From Candidatus Hikarchaeia archaeon HikBin5 (GTDB lineage Archaea > Halobacteriota > Halobacteria > Halobacteriales > Hikarchaeaceae), in assembly GCA_009889625.1 (NCBI GenBank), contig WTZU01000004.1:1588-65587 (forward strand): a stretch of 64,000 bases of DNA, written 5' to 3'. Below the pieces are notes generated by a model. That model was given only the letters and a program-made list of their open reading frames with translations, was not told where the DNA came from and did not search any database. Positions 63,391 through 64,000 of the stretch are shown here, in pieces. Each line of letters begins with the position of its first letter. The stretch's first letter is position 1. Both the position numbers and the translations under genes were made by a program.

Positions 63391-64000
63391 CTACCATGTC
63401 CCATGGAATGTATCAAAAGACAACGATTCCAATGGGTCTCTTCCTGTAGCTATCCAATACTCTTGTGGTGTCAACATGGGTTTCTTAAACCTAGGCCCGT
63501 CATCCGTTGATATTCTCGGACAACCTGTATTTACAAATGCATCTAATTTAAAATTTAACAATCTTTCTGGAGTTATTTCATCTAGTGTGATGACATATGC
63601 ATTCTCATTATCTTTAATTATTTCTTCTACTAGTTCCCACCTACCCTGTCCAATTTTCGTACAATATACTATGCCCCATGTCTTGGCATTCATCGCTTTG
63701 TGAATCGCGGCATATCGTTGCTTGATAAATTTATTTGCATCCGCAATAGAAACCAAATTATTTACTGGATCTGCAATAATTACTTTCTTTTCTCTATGCA
63801 CCATTGCCAACCCCAGTGGGTGGAATTTTCCCCCTCCTACATACATCACTTGATCTGCATCTACCTCTGCAGAAGCATAGTTGCAACCTAGAACTTGTCC
63901 TTCATATGTCAATCTTTCATCCCCCCTCCTCGTATGGACTGTGTATCCCTCTTGCTCTAGGAATTCTTTCATCTCTTCAAATCTATTCCAATGCTGCGTA
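63391..64000 (-). CDS. dph2: Diphthamide biosynthesis enzyme Dph2 (5'-truncated by window edge)
   Basis: GQVLGCNY, GGKFHPLG, TKIGQ, NTGCPRISTDD. Confidence 0.95.
   Translation of the reverse strand, partial: TQHWNRFEEMKEFLEQEGYTVHTRRGDERLTYEGQVLGCNYASAEVDADQVMYVGGGKFHPLGLAMVHREKKVIIADPVNNLVSIADANKFIKQRYAAIHKAMNAKTWGIVYCTKIGQGRWELVEEIIKDNENAYVITLDEITPERLLNFKLDAFVNTGCPRISTDDGPRFKKPMLTPQEYWIATGRDPLESLSFDTFHGTW

Noticed and set aside
1-64000. Stop-codon recoding (Pyl/Sec) suggested by frequent TAG stops
   Set aside because: Genes ending in TAG are full length, no split conserved gene was seen, and no pyl/sel genes occur in the window.

Overview
Archaeal core-genome window from a Halobacteria-related organism with unusually low GC (roughly 35-42% by eye). 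Gene content, protein sequences and gene order look haloarchaeal: split rpoB''/B'/A'/A'', RpoA' HTH insertion, cdrS-ftsZ2-ncsA, RNase R, sepF, mrpA-G/coaBC/trkAH, classical men operon, hisF-rpoL. The low GC suggests the marine sister group of Halobacteria (Ca. Hikarchaeia/MG-IV); this is inference, not tested. About 65 CDS and 3 tRNAs (Asp-GTC, Tyr-GTA, Ser-CGA) are supported, including two small genes missing from the ORF track (cdrS, trm112). No CRISPR, IS element, integrase, intein or rRNA was seen. I found no clearly self-contained new multi-gene system. The best candidates for novelty are: (1) RpoA'' with a Lys/Pro-linker-tethered helix-hairpin-helix domain at the position where nusA normally lies; (2) a structured GTAAGAC/GTCTTAC-rich leader upstream of cdrS-ftsZ2; (3) a structured candidate sRNA between tRNA-Asp and rpoH; (4) a FAM210/DUF1279-like membrane protein; (5) pentein and M20 hydrolases with remodelled active sites; (6) window-wide signals, namely CTAG not depleted and a strong C>G strand skew that shapes protein composition. 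All family and DUF assignments are by motif recognition without database searches.
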